Position numbers and translations under genes: made by a program
Part shown: positions 6,906 through 16,176 of the stretch, piece by piece
Layout of the letters: every line of letters begins with the position of its first letter
Position numbering within the stretch: the stretch's first letter is position 1
The notes under the pieces: generated by a model
Told to the model about the DNA's origin: nothing
The model's database searches: none
The model's input: only the letters and a program-made list of their open reading frames with translations
NCBI GenBank assembly: GCA_963695675.1
Contig: CAVOGY010000002.1
Coordinates: forward strand, 159,491 to 223,490
Length of the DNA stretch: 64,000 nt
Direction of reading: 5' to 3'
Source of the DNA: an uncultured Solirubrobacterales bacterium
GTDB taxonomy: Bacteria; Actinomycetota; Thermoleophilia; Solirubrobacterales; 70-9

Positions 6906-7802
6906 ATGCACCACATGCGCGTGCTTCGTCCCGCCGCAGGCATTTTCGCCTTCTACGACGGGCGCGTCGATGGCTATCGCTTCGCGCAGGGCTCGAACTG
7001 GGTGGACGATGGAGCGCTCTCGCTCGGGATCGCGAACTACGCCGTGGTGGCTGATGGCGAGGCGCTCGTGTACGACACGCACGTCTCGGTCGAGCATGCG
7101 CGCTACGTCCGCGAGGTCCTCGAGGAGGAGGGCGTGAGTAAGTTCACCGTGGTTCTCAGCCACTGGCACCTCGATCACGTCGCCGGCACCGCGGCCTTCC
7201 GTGACTGCGAGGTCATCGCCTCCGAGCGCACCAACGAACTGCTGACGCGCTTTAAGCCCACGATCGAGGCGGGAGAACACGAGGGACCGCCCGGGATCGA
7301 CCCGCTGGTCTTGCCCACCCGGGTCTTCCGCGACCGGCTGCAACTCACAGTCGGGCGGACTCGGGTCGAGCTGATCCACACCGACATCCACAGTGACGAT
7401 GCGGCGGTTGCCTGGCTGCCAGAGCAGAGGCTGCTCCTCTGCGGGGACACGATGGAGGACACGATCACCTACGTGGATGAGCCGGAAAGCCTCGAGGTAC
7501 ACCTCGAGAATCTCGACCGGCTCCGGCAGCTCGGTCCGGATCGCATCCTGCCCAACCATGGTGATCCCTCGGTGATCGCGAGAGGTGGCTACTCACAGGA
7601 CCTGATTGCCGCGACAGAGCACTACATCCGTGCCCTGCGGCGTTGCCGAAGGGACCCGGATCAGAGGAACATCGGCCTCAGGGATCTGATCGCAGATTCG
7701 CTCGAGGCCGGATCCGTCCACTACTTCGCCCCCTATGAGGCTGTCCATCAGGAGAACCTCGCAACCATGCTTCGGCTGCCCGTCCGGCATTCTCCAAGGT
7801 AG
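6906..7802 (+). CDS. MBL-fold metallo-hydrolase
   Basis: HxHxDH motif (VLSHWHLDHVAG) plus downstream His/Asp ligands (HTDIHSDD, CGDT, PNHG). Confidence 0.8.
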   Translation: MHHMRVLRPAAGIFAFYDGRVDGYRFAQGSNWVDDGALSLGIANYAVVADGEALVYDTHVSVEHARYVREVLEEEGVSKFTVVLSHWHLDHVAGTAAFRDCEVIASERTNELLTRFKPTIEAGEHEGPPGIDPLVLPTRVFRDRLQLTVGRTRVELIHTDIHSDDAAVAWLPEQRLLLCGDTMEDTITYVDEPESLEVHLENLDRLRQLGPDRILPNHGDPSVIARGGYSQDLIAATEHYIRALRRCRRDPDQRNIGLRDLIADSLEAGSVHYFAPYEAVHQENLATMLRLPVRHSPR

Positions 7803-7804
7803 GA

Positions 7805-8326
7805 ATGAAACGGCTCTATCTCCTGCGCCACGCTAAGTCGAGCTGGGACGATCCGACGCTTGCCGACCACGACCGGCCACTTGCGCCTCGCGGTCGCCGC
7901 GCCGCCAATGTCATGGCGGAGCACCTACGGCGGAAGGGGATCATGCCCGAGCTGGTGCTGTGCTCGCCATCCAGGCGCACCCGCCAGACGCTGAAACGGC
8001 TCGCGCCGGGGCTGGGGAAGGACGCCGATGTGCAGATCGAGCCCGAGCTCTACGCGGCCACGGCACGCGACCTCCTCGAGGTGCTGCAGGGGGTGCCGGA
8101 CGAGGTCGAGTCCGTGATGCTGATCGGCCACAACCCCGGGATCCAGGATCTCGCCCTGAGCCTCGCCAGCGCCGGCTCTGAGATCCCGCGATTGAGGAGC
8201 AAGTTTCCGACCGCGGCGCTGGCAACGCTGGAGCTCAACGGAACCTGGCGCGAGCTGGCGCCCGGAAGCGCCGAGCTGGTGTCCTTCGTGAAGCCGAAGG
8301 AGCTCTCGCGCGGCGCGGCGGGATAG
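7805..8326 (+). CDS. histidine phosphatase superfamily protein (SixA-like)
   Basis: N-terminal RHA motif in MKRLYLLRHAKSSWDDPTLADHDRPLAPRGRR, plus LIGHNPG. It starts 2 nt after the previous stop. Confidence 0.8.
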   Translation: MKRLYLLRHAKSSWDDPTLADHDRPLAPRGRRAANVMAEHLRRKGIMPELVLCSPSRRTRQTLKRLAPGLGKDADVQIEPELYAATARDLLEVLQGVPDEVESVMLIGHNPGIQDLALSLASAGSEIPRLRSKFPTAALATLELNGTWRELAPGSAELVSFVKPKELSRGAAG

Positions 8327-8414
8327 AAGTCAGCGGGTACGTCAAGGTGACCGGAGGTGCGGGGCGCGGTGTGCTGCTTTTACGCGAACGTAGTCGCGAG
8401 GCTTCTGCGGGAGA

Positions 8415-8490
8415 AAAGCCGCTTTGCATGGAAAGCGACACTTTCGCTCTGTCGCGAGATACTGCATAGGGCGGTGTCGAAGGAGAACGT
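8415..8490 (+). repeat. copy D of intergenic module: H2 hairpin 8418-8439, GATACT 8458-8463, GTGTCGAAGGAGAAC 8474-8488
   Basis: GCCGCTTTGCATGGAAAGCGAC...GCGAGATACTGCATAGGGCGGTGTCGAAGGAGAAC. The stem carries a compensatory T:A to C:G change relative to copy C. Confidence 0.75.
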
Positions 8491-8878
8491 CGAGGCGACT
8501 AAGCGCGCTGTTGCGGCTCTCAACCGGGGAGACGTTGAGGGCGTGGGGGAGCTCTACGCGCCAGATGCCGTGCTGCAAGACCTGCAGAACGCTCCTGATC
8601 AGCCGATGACGGTTGAGGGCGTTCAGGCGATTCGACAGAACCTCAACCTGTGGGCCGCCGCCTTCGACGAGCTGCGCGTTGACATCGAGGAATACATCGA
8701 CGGCCCGAACGCCGTGATCTGCGCGGCGCATTGGCAGGGGCAAGGTAAGACGAGTGGCATCTCGATTGATGTCCACCAGTTCGACCTCTACGAGTTCCGC
8801 GAGGGAAGGGTCGTCCGAGCGGTCCTCGGCTTCAGATCCAAGAACGAGGCCCTCGAAGCCGCCGGGCTGCGGGAGTAG
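8474..8878 (+). CDS. NTF2/SnoaL-like superfamily protein
   Basis: (V)SKENVEATKRAVAALNRGDVEGVGELYAPDAVL...RSKNEALEAAGLRE. The GTG start lies 10 nt after GATACT; the track ORF start at 8357 runs through the upstream hairpin. Confidence 0.8.
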   Translation: MSKENVEATKRAVAALNRGDVEGVGELYAPDAVLQDLQNAPDQPMTVEGVQAIRQNLNLWAAAFDELRVDIEEYIDGPNAVICAAHWQGQGKTSGISIDVHQFDLYEFREGRVVRAVLGFRSKNEALEAAGLRE

Positions 8879-9140
8879 GCGGTAGAGCTACCAACTGGCC
8901 GCGAGCCATGCACCGCTCGGTGAGGCGGACTTAGCGGAGTAAGCTGCTTGTAGCTGGCCCTGCGGCCAACAGGTTCTAGCCCAAGAGCGGTACCGAGCCA
9001 ACACGCGAACAACGCGGCGAGGTAACCCCCCTCTTTGGCGACAGGACCGACTGCGGGGCCAGTCGCTTTGGGGAGCCAACCAGAGGGGCGGTCAGGGGCG
9101 GCCTCGACCGTGGGCCAGGTTTAGCCGGACGCTTCCCTCC

Positions 9141-9180
9141 GCGAGATACTGCGTGGGCGATGTCGGAGGAGAACGTGGAG
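9141..9180 (+). repeat. copy E of the GATACT + ATGTCGGAGGAGAAC start module
   Basis: GCGAGATACTGCGTGGGCGATGTCGGAGGAGAACGTGGAG, with GATACT at 9145-9150 and ATG at 9160. Confidence 0.75.
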
Positions 9181-9258
9181 ATCGTGCGGCGCGCCATCGA
9201 AGCGTGGAACCAGCGAGACCTGCCGACGATGAAGGCCTTGATTCGTTTCTCGCTATGA
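9160..9258 (+). pseudogene. truncated NTF2/SnoaL-like gene fragment (32 codons)
   Basis: [32 protein letters not shown] then stop. The first 22 or so residues match the family N-terminus; intact family members are about 130 aa. Confidence 0.55.
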
Positions 9259-9309
9259 CCCTCCCAGGATCCGCGAGATCAGTCCGGGGACCGTCGAAGG
9301 GGCGCGCCC

Positions 9310-9687
9310 TCAGCCCCCCAGCTCGAGCAGCTCGATCCTGTAGCCGTCGGGGTCCCTGACGAAGCAGAGCCGCGAGCCGCCCTCGCGGATTCGATAAGGG
9401 GGCTTCTCCGGCTCGATCCCCATCTCCTTGAGATGCTCGAGCGTTGCGTCCAGGTCGTCGACCGTGAGCGCTACGTGACCGTAGGCCGTGCCCAGCTCGT
9501 AGCCGTCGACGCCGTAGTTATGGGTCAGCTCGAGCTCGGGGAGATCCTCACCCGGCACGCCCATGAAGATGTTGGTCGCCTCGTCGCGGATCGGCACCTC
9601 GCGGCGTTTCTCGAGCCCCAGGGCCTCGTAGAAGGCGACCGAGCGCTTGGGATCGGTGATTCGGTAGCAGGTGTGGATCAGCCGCAC
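9310..9687 (-). CDS. gloA: lactoylglutathione lyase / glyoxalase I (VOC family)
   Basis: (V)RLIHTCYRITDPKRSVAFYEALGLEKRREVPIRDEATNIFMG...GYRIELLE. The start was set at GTG 9687, because the longer track ORF translates through a tRNA-like fragment. Confidence 0.75.
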   Translation of the reverse strand: MRLIHTCYRITDPKRSVAFYEALGLEKRREVPIRDEATNIFMGVPGEDLPELELTHNYGVDGYELGTAYGHVALTVDDLDATLEHLKEMGIEPEKPPYRIREGGSRLCFVRDPDGYRIELLELGG

Positions 9688-9701
9688 GGCGCGAACTCTA
9701 T

Positions 9702-9730
9702 TAGCGCGGGCGGGATTCGAACCCGCGACC
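9702..9730 (-). other. orphan tRNA 3'-end fragment (T-arm + acceptor 3' strand), not an intact tRNA
   Basis: Minus strand reads GGTCGCGGGTTCGAATCCCGCCCGCGCTA, with T-stem GCGGG/CCCGC and T-loop TTCGAAT. The 45 nt upstream show no D-arm, no pairing anticodon stem and no matching 5' acceptor strand. Confidence 0.6.
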
Positions 9731-9757
9731 TTCGGCTTATGCGGCAACTGGGGGTTT

Positions 9758-11032
9758 TTAGCGGGAGTCGCGGGCCGCGGCGGTGAAGATGGATTTCGCC
9801 ATCAACGAGGACTCAGCGGCGGAGCGCGTCTCGTTCACCTCGGCTCGCACGGCGCGCACCTCGGCGTCGCCGGGAGCGGCGGCCGCGGCGAACTCGGCGA
9901 GATGTCCGGCGAGACGAAGCTCGCCTTTCGATGCCAGCTCCCTGGCCCGGCGGGCCAATTCGGATGCACCGCCCGCGAGCGCGGCGATCTCTTGGGCCAG
10001 CTCGCTCGTGCGCGCGGGCTTCAGGTCGGCGGGGTCAAGGTCATACCAGCCGCCGTAGGCGCGCCAGACGCTGCGTACGATGAACTCCGGATCGTCGTAG
10101 ATCGGCCGCAGATAGGGCTTCTCGAGCAGTTCCGCAGGTGCCCGAACCTCATGCAGGATCTCGTTGAGAGGGGCGTCCTCGTTCATCAGCCGCACGGTCT
10201 CGTCGTGCAGATGCTCGAGCAGCGCGGCAGTGTCGTCAAGGATTGCTCGCACTCGATCGGCGCCTACCACCGGGAGGCCGTGCCCGGGCAGCAGGGCCTC
10301 GGCGCCGAGGGCGGACATCTCACGCAGCGCTGCCGCCCATTCCCGCGGATAACGTTGGACCTTCTGCGGGTTGCCCGCGTTGGGCACACACCAGATGATC
10401 AGATCGCCCGAGCAGAGTACCCGCCGGCCGGGGACCCACGTCCAGGTGTGGTCGTCCGTCTCGCCCTTCGCATGATGGAGCTCGAAGCGCTCGCCCCCCA
10501 CCTCGAGTTCGACCTGGTCGCGGTAGGTCTCGTCCGGGTACCTGTACTCGGTCGGCCAGGGAACGGGGACGCCGAACTGGCGCGAGTTGATTGCGCTGTT
10601 GTATCCCGCGGTGAGCTTGTAGCGGTCGAAGCGAGCCGGGACGTTCTCATGAGCCACCACCCTCGGCGGCGTCCAGCCTTTGTCCCTCGCGTCCTGTTCG
10701 AACGGACCTACCCCGAGGACGTGGTCGATGTGGCCGTGGGAGAAGATCGTGGTGTCGAGCCGCGCCGGTGACCATGCCCGGATCATCCGGTGGATGTCTG
10801 CTGCCGAGTAGGACGCGCCGCTGTCGACGCAGACCAGTCCTTCGGTGGTTTCGAAGGCGCTGACGTTGGCGAACGAGTTGACGAACGCGGTGCCCGAGCC
10901 GATCTCGACCAGCTCGCCACGAGGGACAAACGGATTGACGGCCTTCTCATTGCCCGGATGCTCGGACGAGGGAGGCCCGGCGACGTCGAGGTCGCCGCTC
11001 CATAGCCTGTCAGCGAGTTCCAAGAGGTCCAC
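9758..11032 (-). CDS. MBL-fold alkyl/aryl-sulfatase-like protein (no SCP2 tail)
   Basis: HxHxDH motif (IFSHGHIDHVLG). A dimerisation-domain-like motif reads RSVWRAYGGWYDLDPADLKP. Length is 424 aa. Confidence 0.7.
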   Translation of the reverse strand: MDLLELADRLWSGDLDVAGPPSSEHPGNEKAVNPFVPRGELVEIGSGTAFVNSFANVSAFETTEGLVCVDSGASYSAADIHRMIRAWSPARLDTTIFSHGHIDHVLGVGPFEQDARDKGWTPPRVVAHENVPARFDRYKLTAGYNSAINSRQFGVPVPWPTEYRYPDETYRDQVELEVGGERFELHHAKGETDDHTWTWVPGRRVLCSGDLIIWCVPNAGNPQKVQRYPREWAAALREMSALGAEALLPGHGLPVVGADRVRAILDDTAALLEHLHDETVRLMNEDAPLNEILHEVRAPAELLEKPYLRPIYDDPEFIVRSVWRAYGGWYDLDPADLKPARTSELAQEIAALAGGASELARRARELASKGELRLAGHLAEFAAAAAPGDAEVRAVRAEVNETRSAAESSLMAKSIFTAAARDSR

Positions 11033-11130
11033 GGAGGCAACCTACAGACGCTGCGTTCCCATTCCGACCGCGTCCGGGATACGGTTGCACGCAAGGGAGA
11101 TCACTTGGGAAACACACAGGAGGTACTCGC

Positions 11131-11760
11131 ATGAAATCCCAGCGCCTGGCGCCGCTCAGCGGAATCGCCTTCGTCGTACTGGTCGCCGTCGGCTTCATCG
11201 CCGTCGGCGGCAATACGCCGGACGTCAACGACACACCGACCAAGATCACCAGCTACTGGGCCGATCACCACGACAAGCAGGTCGTTGCCGCGATCCTGGT
11301 GGCCCTCGGCGCGGTCTTCCTGGCGATCTTTACCGCCTCCCTCCGCGATCGCATGCGAGGTGCCCGCGGCGAAGGAGGGCTATGGCAGAACCTCATCCTG
11401 ATTGGCGGCGGTGCCAGCGTTGCGGGATTCCTGGTCGCCGTCGGGTTTCATGTCGCTCTCGCCGACGGTGGCGACCACCACTTCAGCGCCGACGCGATGG
11501 TGGCGCTGAACGCGCTGGACAACGACAGCTTCTTCGCCTTCGCCATACCGCTCGCCATCATGCTGCTCGGCGCCGCCGGGGCGACGCTCAAAGTAGGAGT
11601 GCTGCCCAGGTGGCTCGGGTGGACGGCGCTGGTGCTCGCGATTGCCGGCTTCACCCCCCTTGGCTTCATATCCTTCGGTTTGACCGGCATCTGGATCATC
11701 ATCGCGGGGATCCTGCTCTCCCAGCGCGCCGCTCCGGCCAGCACCACAACAACCGCCTAG
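11131..11760 (+). CDS. hypothetical polytopic membrane protein
   Basis: AGGAGG RBS; 209 aa with about 6 hydrophobic segments. No family recognised. Confidence 0.6.
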   Translation: MKSQRLAPLSGIAFVVLVAVGFIAVGGNTPDVNDTPTKITSYWADHHDKQVVAAILVALGAVFLAIFTASLRDRMRGARGEGGLWQNLILIGGGASVAGFLVAVGFHVALADGGDHHFSADAMVALNALDNDSFFAFAIPLAIMLLGAAGATLKVGVLPRWLGWTALVLAIAGFTPLGFISFGLTGIWIIIAGILLSQRAAPASTTTTA

Positions 11761-11921
11761 ACGTCAACACATAGCGGCTGGAACTCCTGCGGTCGGGGGG
11801 CGGCGCGCCAAACCTGAGGAAGAATCTCAGGCTACGCGGCGGGACCCCGGCCCGTGCCCGGCGGTAAATCGCTGTAGGTCGCGGGGAAGTCCTGGTTCAA
11901 TCTACGGGGGTGCTTGGCCAC

Positions 11922-13170
11922 TTAGGGCGGGGACGGTTCAGGCTCTGGGGAAACGGGGCTCGGGCCGTCCAGCAGCCCCAGCCTCTCAGCAAGCCAACCG
12001 GCCGGGAGCGCCTGCAGGATCAGCGTCATGATGATCGCCAGCGCGACGACGCTCGCGTAGGTATCGATGTTCGGGACGCCAAGCCCCGCCAGGACTCCCA
12101 CAAGAGCCGCCGGCACGACCCCGGTCTCGCGCGTCCAGCAAAGAAACGCGATCTCGCGCGATGTCCAGGCTCCGCGCCGGTCCGGTCTGGTACAGGCGAG
12201 CACCGCCAGTGGCCGAGCGACGAGGAGTAACGCCCCGATCACAGCAAGCGCCGGGAGCAGATTGTCCCCGAGCACTACCGAAGGGGATGTTCGCACCCAA
12301 GACCAAGAAGACGAAGAACGTGACCAGGTCGGCTGAATTGGCGGCAAAACGCCGCATCTCCCGCTCGTGCTCCTGTCGCATCCCCAGTCCCAAATGCTCC
12401 ATGTTCGCCGCAATCAGCCCGGCGAGAAAGGCGCCCAGGTAACCGCTGCCTCCCGCCGAGTCGAGCGAGAAGTAGCTGATCGTGACGACCATCAGCGCCG
12501 CCGCCCCGGATGACTCGCGCCAGATCCCGGCGCGACGGCTCGAGACCGTGGCGGAGAGGAGCACACCGGCCACGACGCCGATGACGGTGCTGATCGCGAG
12601 GTTGCCCAGAAAGTCCAGGACGGGCGTCCCCACGGAGCTGTCGCCACTCAACAGAACGCCCGCGAGCGCCAGCGCGAGCACCGCCCCGGTGGGATCGTTG
12701 AAGGCGGACTCCGCCACCACCGTCTCGGCCACCTTCGGCCTGAGGCGGGAGCGGATGAACAGCGGTATCAGGATGGCGGGATCGGTGGGCGATAGCACTG
12801 CCCCCATCAGCAGCGCAGCGGTCCAGGACAGTCCGAAGGCGAGATGGGCAGCCGCGCCGGTGACGGCCGCCGTCAGGATCACTCCCGGGAGGATGAGCAG
12901 CCCGAGCCCGACCCATACCTGGCGGAGGACGCTGAACGACAGGTTGAGCCCTCCGTAGAAGAGGATCATCGAGACGCCGAGGGTGAAGATGAGCTGCGCG
13001 CCGAGCGAGTCGAGCGGCACCTCGATCACGTCGAGTATCGAGGGGCCGAGAAGGGCGCCGAAGAGGACGAGCAACAGGATCTCGGGAATCCGAGCCAGGC
13101 TGGCAAGGAAGCGCGCCGCCAGTGCCGCGCTCAGCATCAGGCTGAGCGTCAGAAGCACGTCGCGGGTCAC
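11922..13170 (-). pseudogene. Na+/H+ (CPA1/NhaP-type) antiporter interrupted by a +1 frameshift near 12275-12285
   Basis: Track ORF 11986-13170 is antiporter-like up to ...FFVFLVLGANIPF. The sequence then continues sensibly only in the frame of 11922-12413 (VVLGDNLLPALAVIGALLLVARPLAVLAC...). Total length is 1249 nt, which is 3n+1. Confidence 0.7.
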
Positions 13171-13850
13171 AACTCCTCGCCGCCCTCCGGTTCGCGAGCC
13201 GTGGTTGGGCGCGTCCGGCGCTCCTCCTCGAGCGCCATACGTGCGACATCGTTCGCCGTGAACAGCAGCAGGACGATCACCAGTGCCGCACCCAGCGCCA
13301 CCGCGATCATCCGGCGGCGGGCCGTGTCACGTGCGTCGTTGAACGCGCGGTTTGCGTCCTCAGCGAGCTGGGCCTCGTACGAGGCAAGGCGTTCGGCGGC
13401 GGCCGCCATCGCCTCGAAGCGCACCAGCTCGGGCCCGAGGAGGATTGCCTTCGTCCGCTGGACGTCGCCCGCCTGGAGAGCGCGCCAAGCCACCACATCG
13501 AGGGCCATGAAACGGTCGAACCCGGACTGAAGACTGCCGAGCAGCGAGCGTTCGCGCGGCTGCGTGAAGGTGTGTGCGGCCTGCTCGAGATTCCGCCGTA
13601 GCTCGGCCGCCGAGCGGACGAATCGCGGCCGCGAGCGCCCGTCGTCGTAACCGTAGGCCGTCTGCCAGCCGTTCATGTCGGTCACCCCGAACTTGAGCTC
13701 CCGCGCCAGCGCCTCGTCCTTGGCACGGGCATCGACGGCATCGAAGCTGTCGCCCATCTCACCCATGCCGTGAAGTGCAACCGCCGTGGTGGCGAGTGGG
13801 CCGAGGATCGTGAGCAGGATGGCCGTGTAGAGCTTTGCGCGGATCGTCAT
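13167..13850 (-). CDS. membrane protein with a periplasmic four-helix-bundle (4HB_MCP-like) sensor domain and no output domain
   Basis: Layout is TM - about 165 aa helical segment - TM - short acidic tail. It has the N-terminal architecture of methyl-accepting proteins but no HAMP or signalling domain. Its stop overlaps the antiporter start (ATGA). Confidence 0.5.
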   Translation of the reverse strand: MTIRAKLYTAILLTILGPLATTAVALHGMGEMGDSFDAVDARAKDEALARELKFGVTDMNGWQTAYGYDDGRSRPRFVRSAAELRRNLEQAAHTFTQPRERSLLGSLQSGFDRFMALDVVAWRALQAGDVQRTKAILLGPELVRFEAMAAAAERLASYEAQLAEDANRAFNDARDTARRRMIAVALGAALVIVLLLFTANDVARMALEEERRTRPTTAREPEGGEEL

Positions 13851-13917
13851 CGGGCTGGTCCGGTCATGTACGCCCCACCCGGTCTCCTAACGCGATCCAT
13901 AGAATGCGCGCGCGAAA

Positions 13918-14136
13918 GTGATCCTGTTCCTGCTCACCGGGCACGCGCCCCCATTCCTCCTAGTCTGCCTCCTGATCATGTGCTACCTGACCGGGTACGA
14001 GCTGTGGAAGGAGCGGGACCTGCAGTTCCTCTGGAAAGCGTGGTGGGTGCTGTTGGTGTTCATCCTGAACGTGCTTGGCTTTGCGCTCTTCTGGATCTGG
14101 CTGCTGATCAGGCGAACTCGCGCACGCGCCGCTTAG
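13918..14136 (+). CDS. 72-aa hypothetical small membrane protein
   Basis: GTG start, two hydrophobic segments, and G/C-rich third codon positions consistent with coding. Confidence 0.4.
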   Translation: MILFLLTGHAPPFLLVCLLIMCYLTGYELWKERDLQFLWKAWWVLLVFILNVLGFALFWIWLLIRRTRARAA

Positions 14137-14145
14137 AGCCACCGC

Positions 14146-16044
14146 CTAGTCCTGCTCCGCTCGCACCCGGTGCAATCGGACCAGCTTCAGGGCGAGCTCG
14201 AGCGACAGCAAGTCCTCACTCGATAGATCCAGATCGGCGACGCGCTCGATGCGATCGAGCCGCTGGCGCACGGTGTTTGGATGCACGAACAGGGCTCGGG
14301 CCGTGGAGGTGATTCGGCCGCGGTCGGCGAGGAACCGCTCGAGCGTGTCGACGAGACAGGCGTTGCCCCGGTGGTCGTACTCGAGCAGCTTCTCCACCGA
14401 CTGGCGGTAGCGGTCGCGCGGCGCCTCGTCGAGCTCCAGGTGCACCAGGTAGCGGTAGGCGCCAAGCTGCTCATAGGAGACGGCGCCTCCCTCGGCTACG
14501 AGCGATCTGCCGATGCGAGCGGCGTCGGCGGCCTCGCGAATTCTCCTCCGGGCGCTCGATGCGCCTTGATCGACCTCGCTCAATCCCACTACCAGCCCCG
14601 CCTCCTGCCCCAGCGGCTCGCACGCCGCCCGGAGCTTCTCCACCGAATTGCCCCTTCCCGCGGGCAGCGGAGTCAGCGCGCGCACCCGGTCGGGGCGAGA
14701 GTCGAGGAACGCCCCAGTGCCGAGCCGCCGCAGCTGCTCCTGCAACCGGCCCGCCAGTTCCGACCAGATTCGGCCGCCCGCGGGCGCCTGTGCGGCGCGC
14801 TCCACGTGCACGAAGAGGTGCGGCTGGCTCAGGTCGCAGCCCGCCTCACCCGCCTTGGCCTCGGCCGCCTCCACCGAGCCGGCAGCGAGCGCGTCGAACA
14901 TGTCCTTGACGAGATTCTCGGCCGTCAGGCGCTCGATCAGCTCGGTCTTCTTCAGGCCTACCGCAGTCTGGTTGGCGACGGCCCCGAGCAGCTCCGCGTC
15001 TTCCTCGGCGAACTGCCCGTCGTGCGCGAGGCAGCAGATGATCCCGAGCTGCTCGTCGCCCGCCACCAGGGGCGCCACCAGCAGCGCCTTATCGTCCACG
15101 TCCGGCCACAAGGTCCGAGCAGCGCGGCCACCCCCGCCACGGCCCCGGCCATTCGCCCGGCGCATCAGGTCGAGCACCAGGCTCGTCCCGCCGGGCCCTG
15201 GACTCGGCGCTGGCGCGTGCTCCGGATCGGTCCCTACGAGCACCAGCTGGTCAGCTTGCCGGTCGAGGCGGTAGATCTGGCAAGCGCCCGCGCCCAGCAG
15301 CTCCCTGGCGCCCCGCGTGACCGTCTCGACCAGGTCCTCCCTCAATGTGACCTCGGCGAGTCTCTGGCTCAGCTGATTGAGCGTGGTCAGCACCTGTACC
15401 CGCCTACGGGTCTCCTCATAGAGCTGCGCGTTCTCGATCGCGCCGGCGACCAGCGACGCCGTGTGGAGGAGGAAGTTGAGCACGTCGTCGTCGAATTCGC
15501 GAGGTGCTGCGGTGTGCAGAACGGCGACCCCGATAACGTCACCGGACTTCGCCAGGAGCGGCACTGCGACCATCGACTGGAAGCGCTCCTCCTCCAGCTC
15601 GGGCACGTACTTCATCCGGGGATCCGCCAATGCATTCTCTGGAATGAACTCGGGCGTCTTCGTGCGGGCGACCCAGCCGGCGAGGCCCTCGTTCACACCT
15701 AGGTCGAGCTTGCCGACGAACGGCGCGTAGCGCGGTGAGGCAGCCCGCAACACCAACCGCTCGCCCTCGAGAAAGTAGATGAAGCAGGCGTGGCAGCTGG
15801 TTGCGTCGGTTGCGATTTCCACGATCCCGCTCAGGACTCGGTCGAGATCGAGCGAGGACGAGACGGTCTGGATGACCGCGTAGAGCGTCTCGGTTTCGCG
15901 CTGGGCGCTCCCCAGGGAACTCTGCGGCTCAGGCCCCGGCACCGACTGCACGGTCAAGCAAGCCCTCCCTCCGTTCTCTCCTCCATCCGCGCCCATCCTA
16001 AACCCCGCGCGCATGGTCACCCTATGTGCGAACCCTACGCCCAT
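14146..16044 (-). CDS. PucR-family transcriptional regulator with N-terminal GAF domains
   Basis: C-terminal PucR HTH reads ITSTARALFVHPNTVRQRLDRIERVADLDL. The N-terminal half is GAF-like. The start is uncertain (M at 16044, 16014 or 15996). It is divergent from amt. Confidence 0.8.
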   Translation of the reverse strand: MGVGFAHRVTMRAGFRMGADGGENGGRACLTVQSVPGPEPQSSLGSAQRETETLYAVIQTVSSSLDLDRVLSGIVEIATDATSCHACFIYFLEGERLVLRAASPRYAPFVGKLDLGVNEGLAGWVARTKTPEFIPENALADPRMKYVPELEEERFQSMVAVPLLAKSGDVIGVAVLHTAAPREFDDDVLNFLLHTASLVAGAIENAQLYEETRRRVQVLTTLNQLSQRLAEVTLREDLVETVTRGARELLGAGACQIYRLDRQADQLVLVGTDPEHAPAPSPGPGGTSLVLDLMRRANGRGRGGGGRAARTLWPDVDDKALLVAPLVAGDEQLGIICCLAHDGQFAEEDAELLGAVANQTAVGLKKTELIERLTAENLVKDMFDALAAGSVEAAEAKAGEAGCDLSQPHLFVHVERAAQAPAGGRIWSELAGRLQEQLRRLGTGAFLDSRPDRVRALTPLPAGRGNSVEKLRAACEPLGQEAGLVVGLSEVDQGASSARRRIREAADAARIGRSLVAEGGAVSYEQLGAYRYLVHLELDEAPRDRYRQSVEKLLEYDHRGNACLVDTLERFLADRGRITSTARALFVHPNTVRQRLDRIERVADLDLSSEDLLSLELALKLVRLHRVRAEQD

Positions 16045-16176
16045 GGCGCAGCAAATGTGTGGGGTTTGCCTATTGTGCGACAGCGGCCGGGGAGGATAGG
16101 TTGCCGCTGCTCGAAGCTTGTGACCTCGGTGGCGTGAGAATCAGCACGTCTACGAGGAGATAGAGATAGACCGCCA

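Noticed and set aside
8879-9140. About 260-nt gene-free stretch, examined as a possible RNase P, tmRNA, SRP or 6C-type RNA
   Set aside because: I recognised none of the hallmark motifs: no GGAAAGTCCGGGC-type P4 region, no tmRNA tRNA-like ends, and no GGAAGCAGCC SRP motif. There is only one C-rich loop. An Infernal scan would be needed to say more.
9700-9790. Possible intact tRNA gene on the minus strand
   Set aside because: Only the T-arm and 3' acceptor strand are present. The upstream 45 nt lack a D-arm, lack a pairing anticodon stem, and lack a 5' acceptor strand complementary to CCGCGCT.
14281-15702. 473-aa plus-strand ORF
   Set aside because: It is antisense to the well-supported GAF/PucR regulator, and its composition is low-complexity and Arg/Leu/Pro-rich.
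16045-16176. GlnR-type (gTnAc-n6-GaAAc) or sigma-54 (TGGCAC-N5-TTGC) sites upstream of amt
   Set aside because: Only a single GTGAC half-site is present, without the expected partner half-sites, and there is no convincing -24/-12 element.
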